Assembly: GCF_018398935.1 (NCBI RefSeq)
Contig: NZ_CP074694.1
Span: forward strand, 510,001 to 542,000
Length of the DNA: 32,000 nt
From: Telmatocola sphagniphila
GTDB lineage: Bacteria > Planctomycetota > Planctomycetia > Gemmatales > Gemmataceae
Reading direction: 5' to 3'
Each line of letters opens with the position of its first letter. Positions within the stretch are counted from its first letter, which is position 1. Under the pieces are notes generated by a model that was not told the origin of the DNA, did no database searches, and saw nothing but the letters and a program-made list of their open reading frames with translations. Position numbers and translations under genes: made by a program. Below, one piece after another: positions 23,385 to 32,000 of the stretch.

Positions 23385-26135
23385 ATGGCTTTTAACCCGT
23401 TCGAAGCGATGCGGAAACGCGGCAAGATGATCCTTTCGATCGTCACCATCTGCATCATGTTTATATTCGTTCTGTCCAGCGGATTAGCGGGCGGCGACTT
23501 CTTTAATGATGTCATCCCGAGAGTCTTTGGCGGCGGAGGACGAAACGCCGGTACGGCCGTAGCCGAGGGCTTCGGAAAAAAAATTACCGGAATTGAAATT
23601 TCTCAAACGCAGATGTCCCGCCGGCTGGCGAATCAGTTCATGTACTTCGCGCGTGAGGTGGCCGACACCTCTCGGATTCGAAACATCAGCGGCAAATTGG
23701 ACAAACTGAAGGAAGAGACCCGCGTTCTTCTCAAAGATCCCGTGGAAATTCGTCGGAAACTTTATGATACAACCCTTCAGGATGTCTCCAGTAAGGATCG
23801 GTTGGCTGCACAGCAAGCCTACATCGGTGTTCTCGGTCGGGAATTGCAACTGGCCCAATTGGGCGAACAGTACACTTTCTTTAAATTCCGCGAGCAATTG
23901 AGGCAACTCGATCCTGAAAAAAACAAAGAGGATTACGAAGCAGTCAGCAGTGTGCTGACAATCATGCAGCGCGATATTCAGCGATTACGTCAACAGGTTC
24001 CATCCAACTTCCAGTGGCCAAACGAGTCAGATCAGAATGCCATCGACTTCATTTTGTTGAAGCGTAAAGCCGACAAAGAAGGGATTCAATTCCCGAAGCA
24101 GGAGCTCGATTTGCTGGTCACGACAGATCTGGGGACCACCCTCTCCCCCGAAGATTCGGCCACTGCTGAAAAAATGCTCCGGTCGATTGACCGCTTTAAG
24201 TCCTATCGCACTTCCGATCTGGTAACGGCACTGGCCGACGAATATCGGGTACAAACCGTTCTGATGGCGAACTTCCGGGAACGACCCACCCCCACGCCTT
24301 ATGAATTCTTCGATTTCTACCAGGACACCAACAAGGAAATTTCTTATTCCCTCGTCGAAATCCCGGTTAAAAACTTCATCGATCAGGTCAAAGAACAGCC
24401 GACTCTGGACGAACTCAAGAAGTTGTTCGACAAGTATCGGACTATCGAAATGAATCCCAGTCAGCCGACACCCGGCTTCAAGGATTCCCGCAAGATTAAA
24501 CTGGAGTTTTTGACTTTGAATCCCAAGGCCAAGATGTACAGCGAAAGCGGTCCTTATATCCACGCAGCCACCAAGATTGCTGCCGGGATGATGCCCGTAG
24601 GCGGGCCTGCCGAGGGCATTTTGACGGCTCTGGCACCTGAGATTGCGGAAAATCAACAAGTGGAGGCGGAGGTCGCCAAGATTCGGGATGCTGATCGAAA
24701 TTTCAACAACTGGGGCGACTGGAGCTCCAGCAAAGTTCACGATTCCAGCGTCTATAGTCCGCTGCCGCTCGCGGCCTTGGCAGCTCAAATGCTGGATCCT
24801 AATAATCCGACGCGGTTCCTGAATGCCGGCGTCTGCTTCACGCAGCAGGCGTATGCAATCGAAACTCGCGATCGCGTGAAGTCTGGTATGCCCATGGCTC
24901 TGGCAGGCTTCTCGCCGAATCCGATCGCTCCCTTGGCGGCCGTCCCGGTGACAGCGGCTCTGTTGCCAGCTGAACCCCCTTCGGCGGTCTATGCCGGACC
25001 CATCCGCAAGAAGATTCAAGAGCAGGAGATTCGACAGTTATTTGTGAATGACGTAACTGCGTTCATGAACCGCTTCAATGCGTACACCAACGACCTGACT
25101 TCCAAGACTGAACCTGGCAAGTTCCAGAAAGCCAAAGAAGCGGTGATCAAAAATATCGTCGATTTCTCGGTCGCTCGTGGTCTGTTAATTTCCTCCTCAA
25201 CCGAAGCCAAAGATATTTTTAACATCGATAAGGATCCCAAGCTGACTCCGTTAGTGCAAAAAGGGCCGCCGCTGCCGGGCCGACTGAGTGGTTTACAAGA
25301 GCGATTCTGGTTCAAGCGAACTCAAGATCCCAACTCGATGCAGGAATCCCGACTGGTGCCGATCACCGAAAATGATCCGACGCTCTTCCGCCCCAATTGG
25401 TATCCGGAACAACCGATCGATGAATTGGATAAGCCCGCATATGTTGTCTGGGTAACCGAAGATATTCCTTCGAAAGCCTACTTGAACTACGATATTGCCC
25501 CCGAGCCGATCAAGAAGCGTGTGATGGACGCCTGGAAAACAGCCAAAGCCCGCGATCTCGCGAAAAAAGCGGCCGATGATCTCGGAGCCAAGGTCAAAGA
25601 ACTGGCTACCAAGGATCTCACCGGTCCGGATAAGGTAGCTTTGTTCGAAGACAATCTGAATGCCATGATTCGTCCTATGAATTACAACTATAAGGGTGAA
25701 TTGACCCTGTCGATTTACAAACATCAACCGGGTACGGGTACGAACGATCTGGCCGGTCGGTATGTGCAGAACTATGCCATAGCTCCGAGTACGGTCGAAT
25801 ACCCTGGGGATATGACCCGCACCCTTCTGGAAGCACGCTCGAAGCCCGTGGGCGAAACGCTGGTGCTCAACGATTTGCCGGTGAAGTCTTACTACATCAG
25901 CACGATTGTCGCCCAGCGACTGAAGACGATTTCAGAATTTTCCAGCATCTACAAGCAGTCGATGAAGTCGACTCCGGATGCGGATATGTTCTACCGACAA
26001 TATTTCCTGCAAAAGTGGCAGGCGGATAATCTTCGCGAGACCATGGAACGCCTTTACGCCGAAGCCAATTATAAGATGGATCCAAAAGCGGCGGAGAGTC
26101 GAAAGAAAGATCCCAACCAGGATCTCGATAACTGA
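23385..26135 (+). CDS. Large membrane-anchored periplasmic protein, PpiD/SurA-N-like organisation without a recognisable parvulin domain (hypothetical)
   Basis: The start is taken at ATG 23385 (GAGGAA at 23374-23379), giving 916 aa. The N-terminus MAFNPFEAMRKRGKMILSIVTICIMFIFVLSSG resembles the PpiD N-terminal anchor (short basic segment followed by one TM). The rest is predicted soluble and helix-rich. No catalytic motif was recognised. Confidence 0.5.
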   Translation: MAFNPFEAMRKRGKMILSIVTICIMFIFVLSSGLAGGDFFNDVIPRVFGGGGRNAGTAVAEGFGKKITGIEISQTQMSRRLANQFMYFAREVADTSRIRNISGKLDKLKEETRVLLKDPVEIRRKLYDTTLQDVSSKDRLAAQQAYIGVLGRELQLAQLGEQYTFFKFREQLRQLDPEKNKEDYEAVSSVLTIMQRDIQRLRQQVPSNFQWPNESDQNAIDFILLKRKADKEGIQFPKQELDLLVTTDLGTTLSPEDSATAEKMLRSIDRFKSYRTSDLVTALADEYRVQTVLMANFRERPTPTPYEFFDFYQDTNKEISYSLVEIPVKNFIDQVKEQPTLDELKKLFDKYRTIEMNPSQPTPGFKDSRKIKLEFLTLNPKAKMYSESGPYIHAATKIAAGMMPVGGPAEGILTALAPEIAENQQVEAEVAKIRDADRNFNNWGDWSSSKVHDSSVYSPLPLAALAAQMLDPNNPTRFLNAGVCFTQQAYAIETRDRVKSGMPMALAGFSPNPIAPLAAVPVTAALLPAEPPSAVYAGPIRKKIQEQEIRQLFVNDVTAFMNRFNAYTNDLTSKTEPGKFQKAKEAVIKNIVDFSVARGLLISSSTEAKDIFNIDKDPKLTPLVQKGPPLPGRLSGLQERFWFKRTQDPNSMQESRLVPITENDPTLFRPNWYPEQPIDELDKPAYVVWVTEDIPSKAYLNYDIAPEPIKKRVMDAWKTAKARDLAKKAADDLGAKVKELATKDLTGPDKVALFEDNLNAMIRPMNYNYKGELTLSIYKHQPGTGTNDLAGRYVQNYAIAPSTVEYPGDMTRTLLEARSKPVGETLVLNDLPVKSYYISTIVAQRLKTISEFSSIYKQSMKSTPDADMFYRQYFLQKWQADNLRETMERLYAEANYKMDPKAAESRKKDPNQDLDN

Positions 26136-26159
26136 TCGAGGATAGACTTCCCGATTCGT

Positions 26160-26214
26160 ACGGGGTGAGGGGAGAGAATTTGACACCGGTTCAAGTTCTT
26201 TCTTCTCACCCCGT
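26160..26214 (+). other. Long-loop inverted repeat between the 916-aa gene and the kinase gene
   Basis: ACGGGGTGAG (26160-26169) pairs with CTCACCCCGT (26205-26214), a 10-bp stem with a 35-nt loop. It is followed by GCCATTTTCG, a weak U-tract. It could be an attenuator/terminator or a protein-binding site. Confidence 0.3.
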
Positions 26215-26267
26215 GCCATTTTCGTCTGGTAGAATAACCGTAAGCGAGCTTTTCCCTACTCTTTGCG

Positions 26268-29033
26268 GTGGCTTCAATGTTGGACCATACGATTCCGTCC
26301 ACAGGAACTCCCCGACTTCCGCCAACGGCATTGGATCAAACTGCACCGGGGAATCCGCCGAATTCAGAACCTAAGCAGGCCGACGCGGTAAATGACACCG
26401 CTCCCGGCGGTTCGCAGCAAGCCGTCGTTCGGCCGATCAATTCTCTGGACCAAACGGCTCCCGGCTCGCTACAGAATCCGCTGCTGGACCCCGATCAAAC
26501 CACGGAAGGATCCTATTTACCCGAGGCTTCGAGCGAATCGCCGCTCAATACCGTGGTTCAATCGGCCACGCCCGAATTTTTGAATTCGAAATCCTCTGCC
26601 GTGAATTCGAGTTCGCCCATCCGCTATCGCATTCAGAAAGTCCACGCAAAAGGCAACGTCGGTCAGGTCTCGCTTGCCTGGGACGAGGAACTGGCCCGAG
26701 CAGTAGCCTTTAAAGAGTTGCGGAACGATCGCCATATTACTCCTCAGGTCTTGTCGCGTTTCCGGACGGAGGCGGAAGTTACTGCGGCCCTCGAGCATCC
26801 GGGCGTGGTGCCGGTCTATGGCCGGGGTCGGAATGCGCCGGACAAGCCCTGGTACGCGATGCGTTTTGTTCAGGGGGATCCGCTTTCCCAGGAGATCAGC
26901 AAATATCATCAGAACGCAAAAGAGACTGGCAAGACGACTGAGACCAGTCTGGCTCTGCGATCCTTGCTGAGGAGATTTGTCGATGTCTGCAATGTGATGG
27001 GGTATGCCCATCATCGCGGGTTTCTGCATCGCGATATAAAGCCCGCGAATATTATGGTGGGGCCGTTCGGGGAGACACTGGTAGTCGACTGGGGCTTGGC
27101 GAAAAAGGTCGGCGATTTCTCGCCGCCGGTAGTGGTGAGTGGAAATCAGTCCGCGACCCGGGAGGTGAACGAAACGGCGACATTTCCGATGGGGGACGAT
27201 TCGGCTAGTTATACCCTGATGGGGGAAATTGCCGGCAGCCCGGTCTACATGTCTCCGGAACAGGCCCGCGGTGAGTGGGATAAAATTCAACCCTCGAGCG
27301 ATATTTACAGCCTCGGTTGCGTACTCTACGAAATACTTGTGGGGAATTATCCCTTTTACGGATCAAAGTCGGTTGCGGAAGTGATCGATCGTTTAAAAGC
27401 CAACGGTGCGCCGTCTTGGCCGAGGGAAATCAATTCTGCCATTCCCGCCCCTCTGGACGCGATTGTCCGCAAGGCCATGTCGCCGATTGCCACGGATCGC
27501 TATCAATCGGCCATCGACCTCGGAAAAGAGGTAGATCGTTGGCTCGGGGATGAACCTGTGCTCGCTTATCCCGAGCCTTGGATAGAGCGGCTGCGTCGGC
27601 GCGCTCGACGCAATCGCGGTCTGGTTATCTCCCTGACTCTGGTGTTGATGACCTTGACCCTGGCGTCGAGTATTGGGCTGTATTTCGTCAATCGCGAGAA
27701 GAATCGCACGAAGGAGGCCCAAGGCGAAACGAAGTTGGCGCTCGACAAATCCCAGGAATCCGAGAAATTGGCAAACGAGCAGCGTGAACTGGCGCTGACT
27801 ACAATTCGCAAGGTCGCCAACCAGATCCAGTCGGCCCTGAAAAATCGACCGGATACCCAGGATATCCGCAAGAATTTACTCGCGGAAGCGACCAGCGGGC
27901 TGACCCAGATCTCGCGCAGTGCCGATAACGCCAAGCAGATCGATATCGAGCAAGTGAAGATTTACACGGAAATCGGCGACATTTATTTCAACCTGGAAAC
28001 GGCTGGACCTGAGGAAGCCAACAAACAGTATCAGAAGGCCGAGCAGCTTCTATTGAAGCTTCTGGAAAAAGATCCCAATGATCGCGAAGCGCAAAGAGTG
28101 CTGGGACGTCTTTACGAGCGTTACGGCCGCGATCGTCAGCAGCGGTCTGATCTGCCCGGCGCGATTCAATCCTACCGGGATAGTTTGAGAATTCGCAAAA
28201 AACTAGCGGAGGATGTTCCCACCGAGATTGCCTATCAGCGGAATCTGGCGATTTCATATTCCAATCTGGCCAGAACGATTGGGGAAGCGGCAATCAACAA
28301 GCAAGAACCTTACCCGGATGAAGTGATTGACTTTTTCACCCGGTCCGCGAAGATCCTGGATCAGATCGCGAAATCGAATCCGAAAGATCCTCAGGCCCGA
28401 CGAAATAGTGTTTCAGCGCTCTTCGAGTTGGGAGATGCGAAACTTCAGAATAAGGGCTACAGCGATGCAATTGGAGATTTTCGGGAAACCAATCGGGAGC
28501 TCGAAGAGCTTCGAAACGAGCAGCCGTACGATACTCAGATTCAACGCGATTTCTGGTTGAGTCTGGTGCGAATCGGAGAGTGTGAGGCCGGCTTGAAGCA
28601 ATTCCCGGAAGCGGAAACTTCTTTCAAGGAGGCCTTGAAGATATTATTGGCCCAGGTGCAAGCTGATCCCAAGAATCGTGAGCCCAAGAATGACTTACTC
28701 CTGATTTACGATCGGCTCGGATCGCTGTACCGAACTCGGAAGACCCCGGCCCAGGCACTTGAAGTCTTCCAGAAACGACTGGAAGTTATTCGCGATTTGA
28801 TGAGTATCGATCCAAACTCGGGTTATCACAAGTTGGAGGAGTTTGCAAATTTGCGATTTCTCGGCATTACCGCTATGGAAGCGGTGAAATACAAGCAAGC
28901 CATCGAATGGTTGACGCAGGCTCAGAAAGCGGGTAACGCTTTTGCCCAAAAGTCGGATAGCATCAAGACGGCACTCCAGGATATTGAGGAAAAACTGGCG
29001 ATCTGTCGGGAGCGGGAGAAAGAGGGGTCATAA
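26268..29033 (+). CDS. Transmembrane Ser/Thr protein kinase with an extracytoplasmic coiled-coil/TPR domain
   Basis: 921 aa (GTG 26268 or ATG 26277). Kinase motifs are present: AFKEL, HRDIKPANIMV, DWGLAK, GSPVYMSPEQ. There is one TM (GLVISLTLVLMTLTLASSIGLYFV), then about 440 aa of TPR-like repeats (e.g. AIQSYRDSLRIRKKL, AISYSNLARTIGE). Confidence 0.9.
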   Translation: MASMLDHTIPSTGTPRLPPTALDQTAPGNPPNSEPKQADAVNDTAPGGSQQAVVRPINSLDQTAPGSLQNPLLDPDQTTEGSYLPEASSESPLNTVVQSATPEFLNSKSSAVNSSSPIRYRIQKVHAKGNVGQVSLAWDEELARAVAFKELRNDRHITPQVLSRFRTEAEVTAALEHPGVVPVYGRGRNAPDKPWYAMRFVQGDPLSQEISKYHQNAKETGKTTETSLALRSLLRRFVDVCNVMGYAHHRGFLHRDIKPANIMVGPFGETLVVDWGLAKKVGDFSPPVVVSGNQSATREVNETATFPMGDDSASYTLMGEIAGSPVYMSPEQARGEWDKIQPSSDIYSLGCVLYEILVGNYPFYGSKSVAEVIDRLKANGAPSWPREINSAIPAPLDAIVRKAMSPIATDRYQSAIDLGKEVDRWLGDEPVLAYPEPWIERLRRRARRNRGLVISLTLVLMTLTLASSIGLYFVNREKNRTKEAQGETKLALDKSQESEKLANEQRELALTTIRKVANQIQSALKNRPDTQDIRKNLLAEATSGLTQISRSADNAKQIDIEQVKIYTEIGDIYFNLETAGPEEANKQYQKAEQLLLKLLEKDPNDREAQRVLGRLYERYGRDRQQRSDLPGAIQSYRDSLRIRKKLAEDVPTEIAYQRNLAISYSNLARTIGEAAINKQEPYPDEVIDFFTRSAKILDQIAKSNPKDPQARRNSVSALFELGDAKLQNKGYSDAIGDFRETNRELEELRNEQPYDTQIQRDFWLSLVRIGECEAGLKQFPEAETSFKEALKILLAQVQADPKNREPKNDLLLIYDRLGSLYRTRKTPAQALEVFQKRLEVIRDLMSIDPNSGYHKLEEFANLRFLGITAMEAVKYKQAIEWLTQAQKAGNAFAQKSDSIKTALQDIEEKLAICREREKEGS

Positions 29034-29071
29034 ATCCGCTTTCTCCTGAACGAGCATAAGCCTCCTTCTGC

Positions 29072-31018
29072 TCAAGCGGTCTTCGATTCGATGGGTAATA
29101 ACAACCTTTCGATGCGCGGCGGCCATTTCCATTCGGCCCGGAACTTGTCCAGAGGTTCGCCGATCTGGAAGATTTCTGCTTCAGATAATCGCCCCAATTT
29201 TTTCATGGCGGCCAGCATCAACACCGGGGCTCGCTCGGGGGGCAGGCCGATCATGCGGGCACAAGTGGCATCGAGGGCCAGTAAATCGTTGGACATGATC
29301 AGCGCGCCCATAAACCGACCGGTCCCATAGATCGGCCCATCGCCTTCCATACCCCAGATCCCATCGACTATGGCTAATTGCGGCGTCTGTGTCAGGGCAA
29401 TATCGACCACGCTATTGGGTATGCCGCGCCAGTGCAGTTCATTCTTCGGCCAGCCGTAGCACTGGCCGGGCAGAATGCCGAATAGGTTTTTCAGCGAGAG
29501 AGTGACCCCGGCCCAATGGTGCATTTTCAGCTTCGGAAGCGAGATCAGGACATCGGCCGAAGTGATGGTCCGCGGCAGAAAGAGATATTCCAGCCCGGTG
29601 CAACGCCCGAGGTTCATCTGCTTGACCGGCTCGTCATAATTGATGTCGACAAAACGGACGTCCTGCCGTTTCAGAACTTCTCGCAGTCCGCTGGCATCAA
29701 CCAGGTAGTCGGAATTCCGCCAATGGCCGGGACCCTCGGCGACGACGATTTCGGCCGCCCCTTCGGCTTTACAGAGACTGATGACAGCATCAATGACTCG
29801 TGCGTCCGTATTGATCGGTCGATCGGCGTGGTATTCGACCAGGTTCGGTTTCAGAACGATTTTTTTACCGGCCAGTGGAACGGTCGATCGGAAGTGGTCG
29901 AACTGCTGTTTTAGAATTGCCAGGAGGTCAATGTCGTAGGATTTGGCCTCGGCGATATGGACGTTGCTTTTTTCCGGCAGTGGACGCATGGCCCCCAGGC
30001 CGGACATCATGACGTTTTGAAACTTGGCTTTGACCTTTCCAAGCAAGCCTTTTTTCGCGACCGGAAGCTGATATTCCTGAATCTCCGGTCGCGGCTTATC
30101 GAGACTGGGGGCTTTTCGAAGCTCGCCGGTCAGACGGAAGTAATTCTGTTTATCCGTGGAGAGAGCCAGGAGGGTAGCGGCATGACGCGGCACACTGATC
30201 GGACGGCCATCGTCCAATTGCGACTGGTAGATTTTCTCCAGTCGGGCACTGAGCGTTTGAACGGCTTCTGTTGTATCGTCGTAGACGCTCAGGGCGAGGA
30301 TAGCCCAGGCCAGGTGTTCGAGATCAGTGGATTCTCGAACACTGTCGAAGAGGAAGGTTCGTCCGGCTTGAACTCGTTTCTCGTCATCGAAGCCTTGCAG
30401 GGCCAGCAGCATGAGTGAGGAGGGACCGGGGAAGGGGGTCGTCAATTGGCCGAGTACGGTACGGTTACCGTAATTCGCGCCGCCGGTTTCAAAAGCTCGA
30501 TCGAAAATGGTGCGGATGCCTTCAACCACGCGCGGGTGCTCGCCCTGGCCGCACAGTCGCAGGGCGAGACAGGCCCAGGAGGTCGGTTCCACCCAGGAGA
30601 AGGTATTGAGTGCCCAGGGCCAACCGATCAATTGCGTGTCGATATCGAGGAGATCGGCGAATTCCGGGTCGCTGGTGATCGATTTTCCTTGAACGCCTAA
30701 CAGCAGATCCGTGGTCTGGGTCAGTTCCGAAGCCGGAGCCGCCAGAACTTTATTGGTGAAAAGCGCGATTGCCGTGGGCCAGAATGCCTGGGGCCGACCT
30801 TGTTCGAGACGGTAGGCCCCTTCGGGACTGCGGTGTGTGGCGAGACTCGCCCGACCTTTGGTAATGGCCTCGCGATATTTCCCTTCTTGAGTGTTCAGGG
30901 CTAGCAGAGCGTAGCAGGTCGGTTCGGGATGAACATAGAGGCCGGGGCCATAGCCCCAGCCGCCGTTGGCATTTTGCAGTTGAACCAATCGATCCAGTGC
31001 TTGGGATGCTTCGAACAT
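29072..31018 (-). CDS. Fusion protein: N-terminal prenyltransferase/terpene-cyclase-like alpha/alpha-toroid repeats plus a C-terminal DUF362 domain
   Basis: 648 aa with no signal peptide. The N-terminal roughly 300 aa carry a QW-type repeat signature (LVQLQNANGGWGYGPG; PEGAYRLEQG; ETGGANYGN). The C-terminal roughly 300 aa match my recollection of DUF362 (VLKPNLV...; LPKLKMHHWAGVTLSLKNLFG; VDGIWGMEGDGPIYG). Confidence 0.6.
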   Translation of the reverse strand: MFEASQALDRLVQLQNANGGWGYGPGLYVHPEPTCYALLALNTQEGKYREAITKGRASLATHRSPEGAYRLEQGRPQAFWPTAIALFTNKVLAAPASELTQTTDLLLGVQGKSITSDPEFADLLDIDTQLIGWPWALNTFSWVEPTSWACLALRLCGQGEHPRVVEGIRTIFDRAFETGGANYGNRTVLGQLTTPFPGPSSLMLLALQGFDDEKRVQAGRTFLFDSVRESTDLEHLAWAILALSVYDDTTEAVQTLSARLEKIYQSQLDDGRPISVPRHAATLLALSTDKQNYFRLTGELRKAPSLDKPRPEIQEYQLPVAKKGLLGKVKAKFQNVMMSGLGAMRPLPEKSNVHIAEAKSYDIDLLAILKQQFDHFRSTVPLAGKKIVLKPNLVEYHADRPINTDARVIDAVISLCKAEGAAEIVVAEGPGHWRNSDYLVDASGLREVLKRQDVRFVDINYDEPVKQMNLGRCTGLEYLFLPRTITSADVLISLPKLKMHHWAGVTLSLKNLFGILPGQCYGWPKNELHWRGIPNSVVDIALTQTPQLAIVDGIWGMEGDGPIYGTGRFMGALIMSNDLLALDATCARMIGLPPERAPVLMLAAMKKLGRLSEAEIFQIGEPLDKFRAEWKWPPRIERLLLPIESKTA

Positions 31019-31155
31019 TCGATCCTCGAATAGAAACAGCTCGCTGAATATTCTCTTTCTCTATTATGCCATATCGGGAGAAAGAGGCCGGTTATTCAAG
31101 AGGCTAGCGCGAAATTGTTTTCCGCTGTACAATGGCTAAAGGGAAGGGCCAGCCT

Positions 31156-32000
31156 ATGCGCATCGCACACTTTGATTGCTTTTCGGGTATTTCCGGTGAT
31201 ATGACCTTAGCGGCATTGATCGATTCCGGCGTCGATCCAGATGCAATCCGCAAAGTCATCGCATCTTTCCAGCTTCCCATCGAGATGGAAATCGAAAAAG
31301 TCAAACGGAACGGCATCGCGGCCACCTACGTAAACATCGTCGCTCAGGATCAGGAGAGTTACCGCTTTTTACCGGATGTGGAAGCGATCATTCATACCAG
31401 CATCATGACCGACCCCCAGAAGCAGCTGGCGTTAAAAATTTTTCGACGGCTGGCGGAAGCGGAAGCCGCCGTGCATGGCATGCCGGTGGAGAAGGTCCAC
31501 TTTCACGAAGTCGGTGCCCTGGATAGCATCACTGATATCTGCGGGGCGGCCGTCGGCTTGGATTTGCTGGGAGTCGAAAAGTTCACTTCCAGTGCGGTTC
31601 CTCCGGGAAGCGGAACCGTGAAATGCGAGCATGGCATCATGCCGGTGCCGGCCCCCGCTACGGCGAATCTGCTCAAAGGTGTGCCGCTGGCCAGTGCGAA
31701 GAATACGGGCGAACTAACGACTCCCACCGGCGCGGCCATCTTAACCAGTATCGTTACCGATTACACCAACCAACCGGAAATGGTCGTTGAAAAAATCGGG
31801 ACCGGGGCTGGGAAACGCAACCCGATCGAGCAGCCGAATATTCTTCGACTGTTCATTGGGGAGGCCCGAAAATCGGCTTCCAGTGTTGAGGATGTCGTGT
31901 GGCAACTGGAAACCAACCTCGATGATGTGCCCGGTGAAATCATCGGTTATACCTGCGAGCGTCTTTTGGAGGCCGGAGCGCTGGATGTGTTTCTGGTGCC
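31156..32000 (+). CDS. larC: LarC (nickel insertion protein for the nickel-pincer nucleotide cofactor; DUF111 family), N-terminal 281 codons; continues past the right window edge
   Basis: Not in the ORF track because it is edge-truncated. My own translation reads MRIAHFDCFSGISGDMTLAALIDSGVDPDAIRKVI...HFHEVGALDSITDICGAAVGLDLLGV...VPPGSGTVKCEHGIMPVPAPATANLLKG...ELTTPTGAAILTSIV.... The DCFSGISGDM and HFHEVGA(L/V)DSI blocks are LarC hallmarks. An in-frame ATG at 31132 would add 8 residues. Confidence 0.85.
   Translation, partial: MRIAHFDCFSGISGDMTLAALIDSGVDPDAIRKVIASFQLPIEMEIEKVKRNGIAATYVNIVAQDQESYRFLPDVEAIIHTSIMTDPQKQLALKIFRRLAEAEAAVHGMPVEKVHFHEVGALDSITDICGAAVGLDLLGVEKFTSSAVPPGSGTVKCEHGIMPVPAPATANLLKGVPLASAKNTGELTTPTGAAILTSIVTDYTNQPEMVVEKIGTGAGKRNPIEQPNILRLFIGEARKSASSVEDVVWQLETNLDDVPGEIIGYTCERLLEAGALDVFLV

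Noticed and set aside
1-32000. Scan for CRISPR arrays, IS elements/transposases, integrases, rRNA/tRNA genes and long direct or inverted repeats flanking the rtcB-prfH cassette
   Set aside because: None was found by eye. The only shared words between the two cassette flanks are 7-8-mers (GGATTTCT, TTCCTGC), which is within chance expectation.

Overview
This is a gene-dense 32-kb chromosomal segment of roughly 50-55% G+C by eye. I support 25 protein-coding genes; both window edges cut a gene (iscS on the left, larC on the right), and neither truncated gene appears in the ORF track. The protein architectures suggest a Planctomycetota-like host, but this is inference only. They include two membrane Ser/Thr kinases (one with TM plus TPR), tandem signal-peptide LolA-like paralogues, a 916-aa PpiD-like membrane-anchored protein and a TopA with a K/A/P-rich tail. 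Most content is housekeeping: iscR-iscS, rsmD-acpH-cca-methyltransferase, DAHP synthase, a GH-like secreted protein, EamA transporter-PBP4, groES-groEL and topA. I found no rRNA, tRNA, CRISPR array, transposase or integrase. The most notable observations are: (1) an overlapping rtcB-prfH pair (the ribosome rescue/repair module) sits between the groESL terminator and topA, flanked by ORF-poor AT-rich spacers, which looks like an acquired accessory cassette. (2) An exact sigma-54 -24/-12 consensus (CTGGCACG-N4-TTGCT) lies 41 nt upstream of groES, and no CIRCE element is present. (3) A fusion protein (prenyltransferase-like alpha/alpha-toroid repeats plus DUF362) is divergently paired with larC. 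(4) Three consecutive secreted proteins share an LTPEQK motif: one Gly-rich Spy/CpxP-like protein and two tandem LolA-like paralogues. The paralogues show mosaic, near-identical DNA tracts and a shared upstream motif. (5) An internally duplicated His-rich small secreted protein lies just upstream of groESL. All functional calls come from reading the translated sequences and recalling family motifs; no database search was run.
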